Positions 40,550 through 49,887 of a stretch of DNA of 64,000 nucleotides are shown piece by piece (position 1 is the stretch's first letter; each line of letters begins with the position of its first letter). The DNA comes from Thermoleophilia bacterium UBA2241. Lineage in GTDB: Bacteria; Actinomycetota; Thermoleophilia; UBA2241. The position numbers and the translations under genes were made by a program. Below the pieces are notes generated by a model. It made no database searches. It was not told the origin of the DNA and saw only the letters and a list, made by a program, of their open reading frames with translations. Location of the stretch: contig DDYF01000013.1 in assembly GCA_002347645.1 (NCBI GenBank), positions 5,845 to 69,844 of the forward strand. The letters are read 5' to 3'.

Positions 40550-40666
40550 GCTGATCGAGGCCTGACGCGGGCCGGCGGTCTGCCGACCCGGCGGACTTCG
40601 TTCGGGGGGCGGGCGGCGGCAGGAGCCGCCGCCCGCCCCCCGCTACCTGACGAGCGCGCGTTCGGC

Positions 40667-41764
40667 TCACCGGTTGTGCCTGATCTCCATGACGTCGCCG
40701 TCCTGAACGACGTACTCCTTGCCCTCAGTGCGCGCCTTGGCGTGTTCGCGCGCGGCGGCGAAGGAGCCGAGCTCTATGAGGTCCTCGATCCTGACGACCT
40801 CGGCGCGGATGAAACCCTGCTCGAGGTCGGAATGGATGCGACCGGCGGCCTGCTTGGCCGTCCAGCCGCGAGGCAGCTGCCAGGCGCGCGACTCGCTCGA
40901 GCGGTGGTCGCCGGTGAAGAAGGTGATGTAGCCGAGGACGTCGTAGGCGGCGCGGACGAAGACGTCGAGTGCGCCGCTCTCGAGCGCCAGCTCGGCGCGG
41001 AACGCGCCCGCCTCGTCGGGCTCGAGGTCGGCGAGCTCGGCCTCGAGTCGCGCCGGCACGGCGACGACCTGGTCGCCGCGCGCCAGGGCCCACGCGACGA
41101 AGTCGGCGTGGGCCGTCAGCGCGTCGTCCGCCGCCTGCTCGTCGTCGGTGTTGAGCACGAACAGCACGGGCCGGTCGCTCACGAGGGCGAGCTCGCGAAG
41201 CAGGGGCGCCTCCTCCGCCGTACGCTCGACGGCGCGTGCCAGCGTCCCCTCGCGCAGGGCGGCGATGAGCCGGTCGACGGTCTCGAGCTCACGCTGCATC
41301 GCCTTGTCGCCGCTGCGCGCCGCCTTCACGGTCTTGTCGCGGCGGCGCTCGACGAGATCCAGGTCGCTCAGGACGAGTTCAGTCTCGACGAGGTCGACGT
41401 CGGCGCGCGGGTCGGGCTTCTCGCGGACGTGCGCCACGTCAGCGTTCGCGAACGTCCTGATCACGTGCCCGACGGCGTCCACGCCGCGGATGTCGGCGAG
41501 GAAGCGGTTGCCGAGCCCCTCCCCGCGACTCGCTCCTTCGGCGAGCCCGGCGATGTCGACGACGTCGATGGTGGCGTTCACCTTCCTGGGCGTCTCGAGC
41601 GCCTCGTGCAGGCGGTCGAGGCGTTCGTCGGGCACGGCGACCACACCGCGGTTCGACTCGGCCGACGTGTAGGCGTAGGTCGTCGCCGCCGCCCGGGCGT
41701 GGGTCAAGGCATTGAAGAGCGTCGTCTTGCCGACGTTGGGCAGACCGACGATGCCGAGCTTCAC
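40667..41764 (-). CDS. ychF: redox-regulated ribosome-binding ATPase YchF
   Basis: MKLGIVGLPNVGKTTLFNALT. C-terminal TGS domain. Confidence 0.85.
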   Translation of the reverse strand: MKLGIVGLPNVGKTTLFNALTHARAAATTYAYTSAESNRGVVAVPDERLDRLHEALETPRKVNATIDVVDIAGLAEGASRGEGLGNRFLADIRGVDAVGHVIRTFANADVAHVREKPDPRADVDLVETELVLSDLDLVERRRDKTVKAARSGDKAMQRELETVDRLIAALREGTLARAVERTAEEAPLLRELALVSDRPVLFVLNTDDEQAADDALTAHADFVAWALARGDQVVAVPARLEAELADLEPDEAGAFRAELALESGALDVFVRAAYDVLGYITFFTGDHRSSESRAWQLPRGWTAKQAAGRIHSDLEQGFIRAEVVRIEDLIELGSFAAAREHAKARTEGKEYVVQDGDVMEIRHNR

Positions 41765-41846
41765 AGCGTGCCTCCCGTTGCCTGCGGATCGTCCGGCCGC
41801 CTCGAACGCCGTCGACGGGCCGCCCTCTCGCCTGCCATGCGCGCCG

Positions 41847-42875
41847 TCACTGCTTGGCCAGCTTGCTGGTGAGCGCGACCTCGAGCACCCGCACGACGTC
41901 GCGGAGCTGGCGCCGCGCCTGGCCGGGGTACTCCTTCCTCAGGGTCGCCATGGTGTCGGCGCGCGTGTTCATGGGGTAGAACGACTCGCGCGCCGCCATA
42001 AGATCGGCCTTCGCGGCCACGAACCCAGCGACCGGGATGCCCCGGCCTGCGAAGGGGATGTGGTCGCCAGCCACCTCGTAGCCCACGCCCCGCGATACCG
42101 GCGGTGTCACCTGGAGCACCGTGTCGGTCGCCAGCTCGATGCCAAGTCGATCGGCGATGGTGAGCAGGTCGCCCAACAGCCACGAGCCCTTGCCCTCCTC
42201 ACCATACGCGTAGAGGACCTCACCGCCGGCGACGCCGTCAAGGTTGACCATGCCCCTGATGGCGCGCCGCTCGACGCCGCTCATCGCCTCGAGGTAGTGC
42301 TGCGAGCCGAGCAGGCCGGGCTCCTCGGCCCCGAAGGCGACGAAGGCGACGGTGTAGGGGGTCGTCATGTCGGCGAGGCGAGCGGCGGTCTCTATGAGCG
42401 CGCCGATGCCAGATGCGTTGTCCAGGGCCCCGGCGGAGCCTTTGACGCCGTCGAGGTGCGCCCCGACGACGAGCGTCTCGCCCGATTCCCCGGGCTTGAG
42501 GACGATCACGTTCCCGGAGTGGAGGGTCTTGCCGGCCTCCTCGGCGATGAACTCCTGCAGGACGGGCTCGTATCCATACTGCTGGAAGGCGTGGAAGACG
42601 AACTCGCGGGCGCGGATCTCGCCCCAGCTGTCGGCGGGACGAGGGCCCACGGTCCTGCTGAACTGCGTCATGACGGCGAAGGCGATCGCGCCGGGGTCGG
42701 TGTCCGAGGCCGCCTGGGACGGCATGCCGGTGTCGGCGCGCTGGCCGCAGGCGGGCGCGCCGAGGAGCACCACGCTGGCCAGCAGGGCCAAGGCGGCGAC
42801 GCGGCGGGCGGACGCGAGCACGGTACCTCCAAAGTCAAACGGGCGCGGGCTGAGCGGCGCGCCGAGGACGTCCAT
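41847..42875 (-). CDS. M28 family zinc aminopeptidase, lipoprotein signal
   Basis: Metal-ligand blocks HLDGV...DNASG...FGAEEPGLLGS. N-terminal signal with LLGAPACG lipobox. The longer ORF to 43340 is rejected. Confidence 0.65.
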   Translation of the reverse strand: MDVLGAPLSPRPFDFGGTVLASARRVAALALLASVVLLGAPACGQRADTGMPSQAASDTDPGAIAFAVMTQFSRTVGPRPADSWGEIRAREFVFHAFQQYGYEPVLQEFIAEEAGKTLHSGNVIVLKPGESGETLVVGAHLDGVKGSAGALDNASGIGALIETAARLADMTTPYTVAFVAFGAEEPGLLGSQHYLEAMSGVERRAIRGMVNLDGVAGGEVLYAYGEEGKGSWLLGDLLTIADRLGIELATDTVLQVTPPVSRGVGYEVAGDHIPFAGRGIPVAGFVAAKADLMAARESFYPMNTRADTMATLRKEYPGQARRQLRDVVRVLEVALTSKLAKQ

Positions 42876-42955
42876 GGTACACCGGGCTCGACGGCACGAC
42901 CGCGCGACGATGCTCCCAGGGCGCGGGAGCCGCGACGCCCGGCGTCTGCTCGGTG

Positions 42956-43537
42956 TCAGAAGGGCGCGGGCACGAGCCAGACGTACACACCGCCGAAGAC
43001 GAGGCCCAACAGCAGGCCGGCGGCAACGTCGCCGATGTAGTGGACCCCGAGGTACACGCGGGTGAAGACGAGCAGCACGCTCGCCGCGATCAGCGCCGGC
43101 AGCCACTGCGGGTAGAGCGTGCCGAGCGTCCAACAAGCGGTGACCGCCATGCTGGCGTGCGACGAGGGGAACGACTTGCTCGCCGGCAGGGGGATGTGGT
43201 TGGCGAGGCTTGGGTCGGCGACGGTGGGGCGCGTCCGCGCGACGACGTGCTTGATGACGTACCCGAGCGTCTCGACGGCGGTGACGGCGACACCGACGTA
43301 GAGCAGCGTCGCCAGCGGCCGCCGTCCCCCGGTGAGCCATGGCACGAGCGCAACGGCGTACCAGATGATGCCGTAGTTGCCCGTGAGGGAGTAGGCGCCG
43401 AGCGGGCGCGCGAGCCAGCTTGGGTGCGGCCAGCTTGCGGAGACCTGTCGCGAGAGGCGACGATCGGCGGCGTCGAGGCGGGTCAGCACCGAGTCGCGGC
43501 CGGCGTCGCTGGGTGTGGGTCCGTCTGCGACTGCCAT
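42956..43537 (-). CDS. PAP2 family phosphatase (membrane)
   Basis: PAP2 motifs KHVVARTRP, PSSH, TRVYLGVHYIGD. Confidence 0.7.
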   Translation of the reverse strand: MAVADGPTPSDAGRDSVLTRLDAADRRLSRQVSASWPHPSWLARPLGAYSLTGNYGIIWYAVALVPWLTGGRRPLATLLYVGVAVTAVETLGYVIKHVVARTRPTVADPSLANHIPLPASKSFPSSHASMAVTACWTLGTLYPQWLPALIAASVLLVFTRVYLGVHYIGDVAAGLLLGLVFGGVYVWLVPAPF

Positions 43538-43597
43538 CGAGATCGGGACGAGTATACTATCCGCCTGTTCCCGCCCACCCTATCCAGGATTGTCTGC

Positions 43598-43873
43598 ATG
43601 CGCAGCACCGTCATCGTCACCGCTCTCGGGCCCGACGGCCGCGGCCTGCTCGCCCGCATCGCGGCGACCATCGCGGAACAGAAGGCGAACATCGACGACG
43701 TCAGCCAGACGGTGTCGAACGGCATGTTCACGATGATCATGTTCGTGTCGTTCGACGAGAGCGAGACGAGCATGGCGGGGCTCAAGGACGCCCTGGCGAA
43801 GACGGGCGACGAGGTCGGCCTGCAGGTCCACGTGCAGCACGAGAACATCTTCCGCTTCATGCACCGCGTGTAG
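43598..43873 (+). CDS. ACT domain protein (UPF0237 family)
   Basis: 91 aa. RSTVIVTALGPDGRGLLARIAATIAEQKANIDDVSQT ACT fold signature. Precedes the UPF0210 gene. Confidence 0.65.
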   Translation: MRSTVIVTALGPDGRGLLARIAATIAEQKANIDDVSQTVSNGMFTMIMFVSFDESETSMAGLKDALAKTGDEVGLQVHVQHENIFRFMHRV

Positions 43874-43931
43874 GGAGCGGCGACGCCTGACGGCGTCCGC
43901 ACTCGCCGGAACCGAGCCCTGGAGGCGACCC

Positions 43932-45296
43932 GTGGTCTTCATCACCGCGCAGGAGATCCTCGAGACCGTGCATATGATCCGGTCCGAGAACCTCGACGTG
44001 CGTGCCGTGACGATGGGGATCTCGCTGGACGATTGCGCGGAGCGCGACCCGCGGCGCACGGCCGAGCGCGTGTACGCCAAGATCGTACGTCGTGCCGGCC
44101 GCCTCGTCGCCGTCGCCGACGAGCTACAGGAGAAGTACGGCGTGCCGATCGTCAACAAGCGTGTCGCCGTCACGCCGATCGCCGACGTGGCGGGGAGCCA
44201 CGATCCTGCCGCCTACGTCGAGCTCGCGCACGCCTTGGACGCGGCCGCCGAAGAGATCGGCATCGACTTCATCGGCGGGTTCAGCGCCCTTGTGCAGAAG
44301 GGGTTCACGAAGAGCGACGCGGCGCTGATCGAGGCGATCCCCGAGGCGATCGGCGCCACGCGTCGCGTCTGCTCGTCGGTGAACGTCGCCTCGACTCGCG
44401 CCGGCATCAACATGGACGCCGTGGTGCGCATGGCCGACGTGGTGCTGGCGGTTGCCAGACGCACCGCGGACGACGGCTCGATCGGCTGCGCCAAGATCGT
44501 CGTCTTCTGCAACGTGCCCGAGGACAACCCGTTCATGGCCGGCGCCCTGCACGGGAGCGGCGAGCCCGAGGTGAGCGTGAACGTGGCGATCTCGGGGCCG
44601 GGGGTCGTGCGCAACGTCGTCGTCGCCCACCCCGACGCCTCGCTCATCGAGCTCGCCGACCTCATCAAGCGGACGACCTTCAAGATCACCCGGGTCGGCG
44701 AGCTGATCGCTCGCGAGGCATCGGGCATGCTCGACGCGCAGATGGGCATCATCGACCTCTCGCTGGCCCCGACGCCGGCCGTCGGCGACTCCATCGCCGA
44801 GATCCTGCAGGGGATGGGGCTCGAGCAACCGGGGGCGCCGGGGACCACGGCGGCGCTGGCGATGCTCAACGACGCCGTCAAGAAGGGCGGCACCATGGCG
44901 ACGTCGTCGACCGGCGGGCTGTCGGGTGCGTTCATCCCGGTGAGCGAAGACGCCGCCATGGCCCGCGCCGCCGCGGACGGCGCCCTGTCGATCGAGAAGC
45001 TCGAGGCGATGACGGCCGTGTGCTCGCTGGGCCTCGACATGATCATCGTCCCCGGCGACACGCCGAGGAACGCCCTGGCGGGCATCATCGCCGACGTCAT
45101 GGCGATCGGCATGGTCAATGGCAAGTCGACCGGCGCCCGTCTCATCCCGGCCTACGGCAAGCAGGTCGGCGACTGGGTCAGTCTGGGCGGGCTCTTCGGC
45201 GAAGGGCCCGTGATGGCCGTCAGCACGTCGCGCAACGACCGGTTCGTGACGCGCGGAGGGCGCATCCCCGCTCCCCTGCAGGGCCTGACCAACTAG
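43932..45296 (+). CDS. UPF0210 family protein (PFL-like, DUF711)
   Basis: N-terminus ITAQEILETVHMIRSENLDVRAVTMGISL typical of UPF0210. Conserved pairing with UPF0237. Confidence 0.65.
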   Translation: MVFITAQEILETVHMIRSENLDVRAVTMGISLDDCAERDPRRTAERVYAKIVRRAGRLVAVADELQEKYGVPIVNKRVAVTPIADVAGSHDPAAYVELAHALDAAAEEIGIDFIGGFSALVQKGFTKSDAALIEAIPEAIGATRRVCSSVNVASTRAGINMDAVVRMADVVLAVARRTADDGSIGCAKIVVFCNVPEDNPFMAGALHGSGEPEVSVNVAISGPGVVRNVVVAHPDASLIELADLIKRTTFKITRVGELIAREASGMLDAQMGIIDLSLAPTPAVGDSIAEILQGMGLEQPGAPGTTAALAMLNDAVKKGGTMATSSTGGLSGAFIPVSEDAAMARAAADGALSIEKLEAMTAVCSLGLDMIIVPGDTPRNALAGIIADVMAIGMVNGKSTGARLIPAYGKQVGDWVSLGGLFGEGPVMAVSTSRNDRFVTRGGRIPAPLQGLTN

Positions 45297-45351
45297 AGCG
45301 CGGGCGGTACCCCGGCCAAGCCGGTCGGTGCCGCCGGGGCGGCTGCCGCGC

Positions 45352-46080
45352 TCAGCCTTCGAGCCCGCGCATCATCGCGCGGATCTCGCGTGCGGTGTCG
45401 TGTCTGCCCAGCGCGCGGCAGATCTGCTCCGCCTCGGTGAGCTGCAGCATCGCGTCGACGTTCTGACCTTGGGCGCGGAACTGCGTCGCCTGGTCGATCT
45501 CGAAGGTGACGAGGTCGGTCAGCATGCGCCGGATCTCGGGGTCGTCGAGGTCGACCAACTTCGTGCTCGTCGTGACGATGATGCTAGAGAGCGGGACGAG
45601 CTTGTCCGCCGCCGCCGGTGACGGAGCCGCGCGAGCCTCGCCGGTCGCGGCCGGCTCGTGCTCGCGAGGGGTTTGGCCGACGCCCGGCAGCTCGCCGGTC
45701 GTCTCGTCCTCGCCGGGTGTCGCCGGCGGTGACGGGGTGGGCGCGTCGCCGAAGGCGGTCCCGGGTGCCGCCGAGGCGACGCCGGTGGCCGTCCTGACGA
45801 CCTGGGGCTGCTCCGGGGGCGCGAACGCGGCCGGGCTCGGGGACACCGCGGACGCGGCCGGGCCTCCGGGGGTCGCGGCCATGACAGACTCGCGCTCGGG
45901 CGCTCCCAGCTTGGCGAGGGTGTCGCTCGGCGGCGCGTCGAGGAAGGAGGTGGTCTCTCTGCTGGAGCGCGGCTCCTCGAGCTCACGCGTGCCGCCCTTG
46001 CGCGTCACGATCAGCGCGACGGCGAGCAGCACGACGATGACCGCGGCGACGGCGATGCCGACGATCTGGATGGTTGGCAT
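45352..46080 (-). CDS. hypothetical membrane-anchored protein with Pro/Ala-rich linker and conserved C-terminal domain
   Basis: N-terminal TM (IVGIAVAAVIVVLLAVALIV). The longer ORF to 46809 is rejected. Confidence 0.4.
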   Translation of the reverse strand: MPTIQIVGIAVAAVIVVLLAVALIVTRKGGTRELEEPRSSRETTSFLDAPPSDTLAKLGAPERESVMAATPGGPAASAVSPSPAAFAPPEQPQVVRTATGVASAAPGTAFGDAPTPSPPATPGEDETTGELPGVGQTPREHEPAATGEARAAPSPAAADKLVPLSSIIVTTSTKLVDLDDPEIRRMLTDLVTFEIDQATQFRAQGQNVDAMLQLTEAEQICRALGRHDTAREIRAMMRGLEG

Positions 46081-46170
46081 GATCCCTCGCTGGGTGGTGA
46101 CGGTGCACGTGCCCGTACCTCTTCGCTCGCCTGCGGGCAATCCCTTCGGCCTGCGGCGTAGAATCGCGCC

Positions 46171-47253
46171 GTGATCGAACGTGCCGTGATCGAGGAGGCG
46201 GTAGCCGGGCTGGGCGAGCCTCCGTTCCGGGCGCGTCAGGTGTACGAAGCGCTGACGCGGGGGCTGGCGACGGACTTCGCCGGCATGACCGTCCTCCCGA
46301 TGCGGCTGCGCCAAGCGCTCGCCGCGCGGTTGACGCCGGTGACGCTCGCGGAGGTCGAGACGCGCATCTCCCGGCGCGGTGACGCGCGCAAGACGCTGTT
46401 CGTGACTGCCGATGGGCACCCGGTCGAGGCGGTGCTCATGACAGTCGCGCGGCGTGCGACGGTGTGCGTCTCCAGCCAGGTGGGCTGCGCCGTCGGGTGC
46501 GCGTTCTGCGCCTCCGGCCGGCTCGGCTTGCGGCGCGACCTCACGGCGGAGGAGATGGTCGACCAGGTCCTCGCCGCCCAACGGGCGCTGCTGTCCACCG
46601 GCCGGCGCGTGACCAACGTCGTCGTCATGGGCATGGGTGAGCCGTTCCACAACTACGACGCGACACTGCGTGCGTGCCGCATGCTCAACGACCCGGCCGG
46701 CTTCGCGCTGGCGGCACGCGGCATCTCCGTCTCGACGGCCGGGGTCGTGCCGGGCATCGAGCGCTTCGCGCGCGAGGGCCTTCAGTTGAACCTCGCGGTC
46801 AGCCTGCACGCGGCCACCGACGCCCTACGCGACGACCTGGTGCCGCTGAACCGCAGCTACCCTCTGAAAGCGGTGTTCGGCGCATGCGAGCGCTACGTGC
46901 AGCGCACGCGCCGCAAGCTGTTCTTCGAGTACGTGCAGCTTGCCGGTGTCAACGACACCGACGAGCAGGTCGAGGCGCTCGCGAACCGCATGCGGCGGCC
47001 GCTGTACCACCTGAACCTGATCGCCTACAACGAGGCCGGCGGCCGCTTCGCGCGGCCGAGCCCGCAGGCGGTGCAGTCGATGCGGGCACGCCTCGAGGCG
47101 CGCGGCGTGCGGTGCACGGTGCGCCGCTCCTCCGGGGCGGACATCGACGCCGCCTGCGGCCAGCTCGCGCTGCGGCGCGCCGCCGCCGACGATCCCGCCG
47201 ACTGGGGCTCCGGGCACCGGCCCGGCCGGGCGGGGCTTACCTCAGGCGGGTAG
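46171..47253 (+). CDS. rlmN: 23S rRNA (adenine2503-C2)-methyltransferase RlmN (radical SAM)
   Basis: CAVGCAFCASG radical-SAM cysteine motif. Full-length RlmN/Cfr architecture. GTG start. Confidence 0.8.
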   Translation: MIERAVIEEAVAGLGEPPFRARQVYEALTRGLATDFAGMTVLPMRLRQALAARLTPVTLAEVETRISRRGDARKTLFVTADGHPVEAVLMTVARRATVCVSSQVGCAVGCAFCASGRLGLRRDLTAEEMVDQVLAAQRALLSTGRRVTNVVVMGMGEPFHNYDATLRACRMLNDPAGFALAARGISVSTAGVVPGIERFAREGLQLNLAVSLHAATDALRDDLVPLNRSYPLKAVFGACERYVQRTRRKLFFEYVQLAGVNDTDEQVEALANRMRRPLYHLNLIAYNEAGGRFARPSPQAVQSMRARLEARGVRCTVRRSSGADIDAACGQLALRRAAADDPADWGSGHRPGRAGLTSGG

Positions 47254-48177
47254 TGCCGCGCGGAGGGCGGCGGCCGCGTCCGCGGGGTCGACGCCGACGA
47301 TGCTCACGTCGCTGCCCAGCTCGAAGCCCGCGATGCCCGACAGCCGCGGGGCGATCTCGACGTGCCAGTGGAAGGGGCCGCGCAACTCCGCCGGGGCGGT
47401 GTGCAGCCAGAGGTTGCAGGGTGCGTCGCCGGTCGCCGACCGGACCGCCCGCAGTGTGCGTCGCAGAGCCGCGCCCAGCGCCGCCGGGTCGGCCTCGCGC
47501 ACGTCGGCGACGTGCTCGCGCGGCGCCAGCCATAGCTCGAACGCGAACCGTGGCGCCCCGGGCGTCCAGGCGACGTAGTCGCCGCCGAAGACCAGACGCC
47601 TGCCGGCGTCCTCCATCTCGTCGCAGAGAACACAGGTGCCGTAGCGGTTCCGGTGCCGTTCGAACTCCATGAGCTCGTCCAGCAACAGCGACGGCAGCAC
47701 AGGGGTGGCGAAGAGCTGGGCGTGAGGGTGCTCGATAGAGGCGCCGCTGCCCAGCCCTCGGTTCACGACCAGCGTCACGGCTGCGGCGCCGCCGGCGAGG
47801 TGCGCGGCGATCCTGCGCTGGTAGCACGCGATCGTCGCCGCGAGGTCGTCGTCGGTGAGGTCCTCGAGCTGCACGCCGTGGTCGGGTGAGTGCAGGACGA
47901 CCTCGTGCAGCCCCGCCAGCGCCGGGTACTTGTTGGGGATCGCCCGCAGCGTCCAGCCCGGGGTGTCGGGCGCGCCGCCCGACGGGCGGCGCGCCTCGAT
48001 CTCGGGCGGAGTGAACGCTTCGTTGCCAGCGCAGAACGGGCAGACAGCGGCTTCGGCCGGCACGCCGTCGTGCGGGCGGGCCGCCCGCCCCGGGGCGACG
48101 ATGGCGAGCTTGCCCGAGACAGGATTGCGACGGAGCTCGCCGCCGGCGCTCGCGTGATCGTCGATCGATCGGTCCAT
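47242..48177 (-). CDS. galT: galactose-1-phosphate uridylyltransferase family (HIT superfamily) protein
   Basis: CPFCAGNE zinc motif and HPHAQ (HxHxQ) active site. Confidence 0.7.
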   Translation of the reverse strand: MDRSIDDHASAGGELRRNPVSGKLAIVAPGRAARPHDGVPAEAAVCPFCAGNEAFTPPEIEARRPSGGAPDTPGWTLRAIPNKYPALAGLHEVVLHSPDHGVQLEDLTDDDLAATIACYQRRIAAHLAGGAAAVTLVVNRGLGSGASIEHPHAQLFATPVLPSLLLDELMEFERHRNRYGTCVLCDEMEDAGRRLVFGGDYVAWTPGAPRFAFELWLAPREHVADVREADPAALGAALRRTLRAVRSATGDAPCNLWLHTAPAELRGPFHWHVEIAPRLSGIAGFELGSDVSIVGVDPADAAAALRAALPA

Positions 48178-48246
48178 CGGCTGTGGAGTGTCGCGACGTC
48201 GCCGGCCTGGGGCTGCCGCGGGCGGTGCGCCGTTCGTGGAGTGAGC

Positions 48247-48978
48247 TTACTCGGTGTCCAGGGAAGCGTCGAGGATGCTCTTCGCGTCCTCGTCCTTGGA
48301 GCGGTAGAGCGAGCGCGCGTCACGCACCCTGTCGTAGCTCTCGTCGAGGACGGCGCCCATCTCGCGCCAGAGGCACACGTCCTTCTTGAGGTACTTGTGC
48401 TGGATGCCCGGCGAGCAGTCGTCCGTCAGCGGGCACTTGTAGCAGACCTCACTGCTCAGCTCGAGCTGCTTCTTGCGCGCCTTCTCGCCTTCGTCTATGC
48501 GTCTGTAGGCATCGAGCAGGAACTGCTGCACGTTCCCCTGGATCGCCACCTGGAAGTGGGGCATCTGCTCGGGTTCGTCGTAAAGGAAGACGCCGTTCTT
48601 CCAGTGCGCCAGCTCGAAGACCTGGTCCATTGTCTGGCGCTCCATGACGGCGCGGATCGCGGCCTCGTCGGTGAAGCCCATCTCGACCAGGCGCTGGCCC
48701 AGGGGTTTGGCCTTCTTCTCCTCGCGCGAGCGCGTCGAATCTTCCATGAGGGCTTCGGCGAGCTGCAGTTCGGTCAGGCACCCGGCCTTGACCAGGCGGG
48801 CGCCGAGCTTCTCGTCGGTGATCGGCAGGGAGATCCCCTCGACCTTGCCGTCGACGAGATAGATGAAGCCGAACTCCTCGAAGTCGCGGACCTCGAGCAC
48901 GCCGGTGGCCGCGCCCTGCGCCAGGAACTGCAGGACGCTCGCCAGGTTGAAGCGTGAGATGGATCCTTCAAGCAGCAT
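48247..48978 (-). CDS. DUF4388 (PatA-like N-domain) protein with C-terminal Cys cluster
   Basis: N-terminal GSISRFNLASVLQFLAQGAATGVLEV typical of DUF4388. C-terminal CYKCPLTDDCSPG...VC. Confidence 0.55.
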   Translation of the reverse strand: MLLEGSISRFNLASVLQFLAQGAATGVLEVRDFEEFGFIYLVDGKVEGISLPITDEKLGARLVKAGCLTELQLAEALMEDSTRSREEKKAKPLGQRLVEMGFTDEAAIRAVMERQTMDQVFELAHWKNGVFLYDEPEQMPHFQVAIQGNVQQFLLDAYRRIDEGEKARKKQLELSSEVCYKCPLTDDCSPGIQHKYLKKDVCLWREMGAVLDESYDRVRDARSLYRSKDEDAKSILDASLDTE

Positions 48979-49031
48979 GCAGGCCGATGTCGAGCGCTCC
49001 TTTCGGCCACTATGTCGGCACCGGGGCGGCT

Positions 49032-49060
49032 TTGCGTTAGCGTGGGGCCACGGCTATACT
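49032..49060 (+). promoter_or_regulatory. sigma-70-like promoter upstream of rpmH
   Basis: TTGCGT (-35), 17-nt spacer, TATACT (-10). About 36 nt upstream of the rpmH GTG. Confidence 0.5.
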
Positions 49061-49096
49061 CCTCCTTCCGGGTAGTGGACGACGAGCGAGGACGCC

Positions 49097-49231
49097 GTGA
49101 AGAGGACGTACCAACCGAACACCCGCAAGCGCAAGAAGACGCACGGATTCCGCAAGCGCATGAGCACGCGGGCTGGTCGGGCGGTCATCAAGCGTCGGCG
49201 GCAGAAGGGGCGCAAGCGGCTCTCGGCCTGA
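49097..49231 (+). CDS. rpmH: 50S ribosomal protein L34
   Basis: [44 protein letters not shown] is near-identical to canonical L34. GTG start. Confidence 0.9.
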   Translation: MKRTYQPNTRKRKKTHGFRKRMSTRAGRAVIKRRRQKGRKRLSA

Positions 49232-49240
49232 CCGGCCCCG

Positions 49241-49633
49241 ATGACCAGCAAGCGTTCCCGTCTTTCGCGCTCTTCCGACTTCCAGCGCATCTACCGCCAA
49301 GGCAGTTCCACGGCCTCGCGGTTTCTCGTGCTGTATTCGTTTCGTCGTCCCGCCGAGGTGAACGCCGACGGACCGCGGCTCGGTCTGTCCGTCTCCAAGA
49401 AGATGGGTGGCGCCGTGGTGCGGAACCGTGTGAAACGTCTGCTGCGCGAGGCCTTCGGGTCGCTGCGCGAGCAGCTGGCCGAGGACCACGACTTCGTCTT
49501 GATCGCACGACCGCCTCTGCTGGAACTCATCGCCCGCGAGAGCGAGGGTGAGAAGGGCCTCGTGAGCGCGGCAGTCCGCGACCTGCTCGGCCGTGCCGGC
49601 TTTGTCGCCGATGCTTGCGAGGAGCCGTCGTGA
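49241..49633 (+). CDS. rnpA: ribonuclease P protein component
   Basis: Basic 130-aa protein immediately after rpmH. RNR motif region ([14 protein letters not shown]). Confidence 0.85.
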   Translation: MTSKRSRLSRSSDFQRIYRQGSSTASRFLVLYSFRRPAEVNADGPRLGLSVSKKMGGAVVRNRVKRLLREAFGSLREQLAEDHDFVLIARPPLLELIARESEGEKGLVSAAVRDLLGRAGFVADACEEPS

Positions 49634-49851
49634 GCAAGCTCCTCGTCGTGCTCATCCGCGTGTACCAGTACCTGATCTCCCCCATGCTGGGCCAGCGCTG
49701 CAAGTACTACCCGTCGTGCTCCAACTACGCGATCGAGGCGTTGCGCGTGCACGGCACCCTCAGAGGGGCCGGCCTCGCGGCCTGGCGCGTGCTGCGCTGC
49801 AACCCGCTCAGCAACGGCGGCGTGGACCCAGTCCCGCCGAGGCGGTCATGA
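49630..49851 (+). CDS. yidD: membrane protein insertion efficiency factor YidD
   Basis: [31 protein letters not shown] conserved YidD motif. Confidence 0.8.
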   Translation: MSKLLVVLIRVYQYLISPMLGQRCKYYPSCSNYAIEALRVHGTLRGAGLAAWRVLRCNPLSNGGVDPVPPRRS

Positions 49852-49887
49852 TGGCCGACGTGCTCGACCGCAGCGAGGGGTCGTCCG

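Noticed and set aside
41847-43340. 497-aa version of the M28 peptidase ORF extending over the PAP2 gene
   Set aside because: The upstream extension is Arg/Pro-rich nonsense and overlaps the PAP2 CDS. The signal-peptide start at 42875 fits a lipoprotein M28 peptidase.
48978-49097. Possible oriC next to rpmH
   Set aside because: No dnaA/dnaN or parAB in the window and no obvious DnaA-box clusters. The region is only 120 nt with a single promoter.
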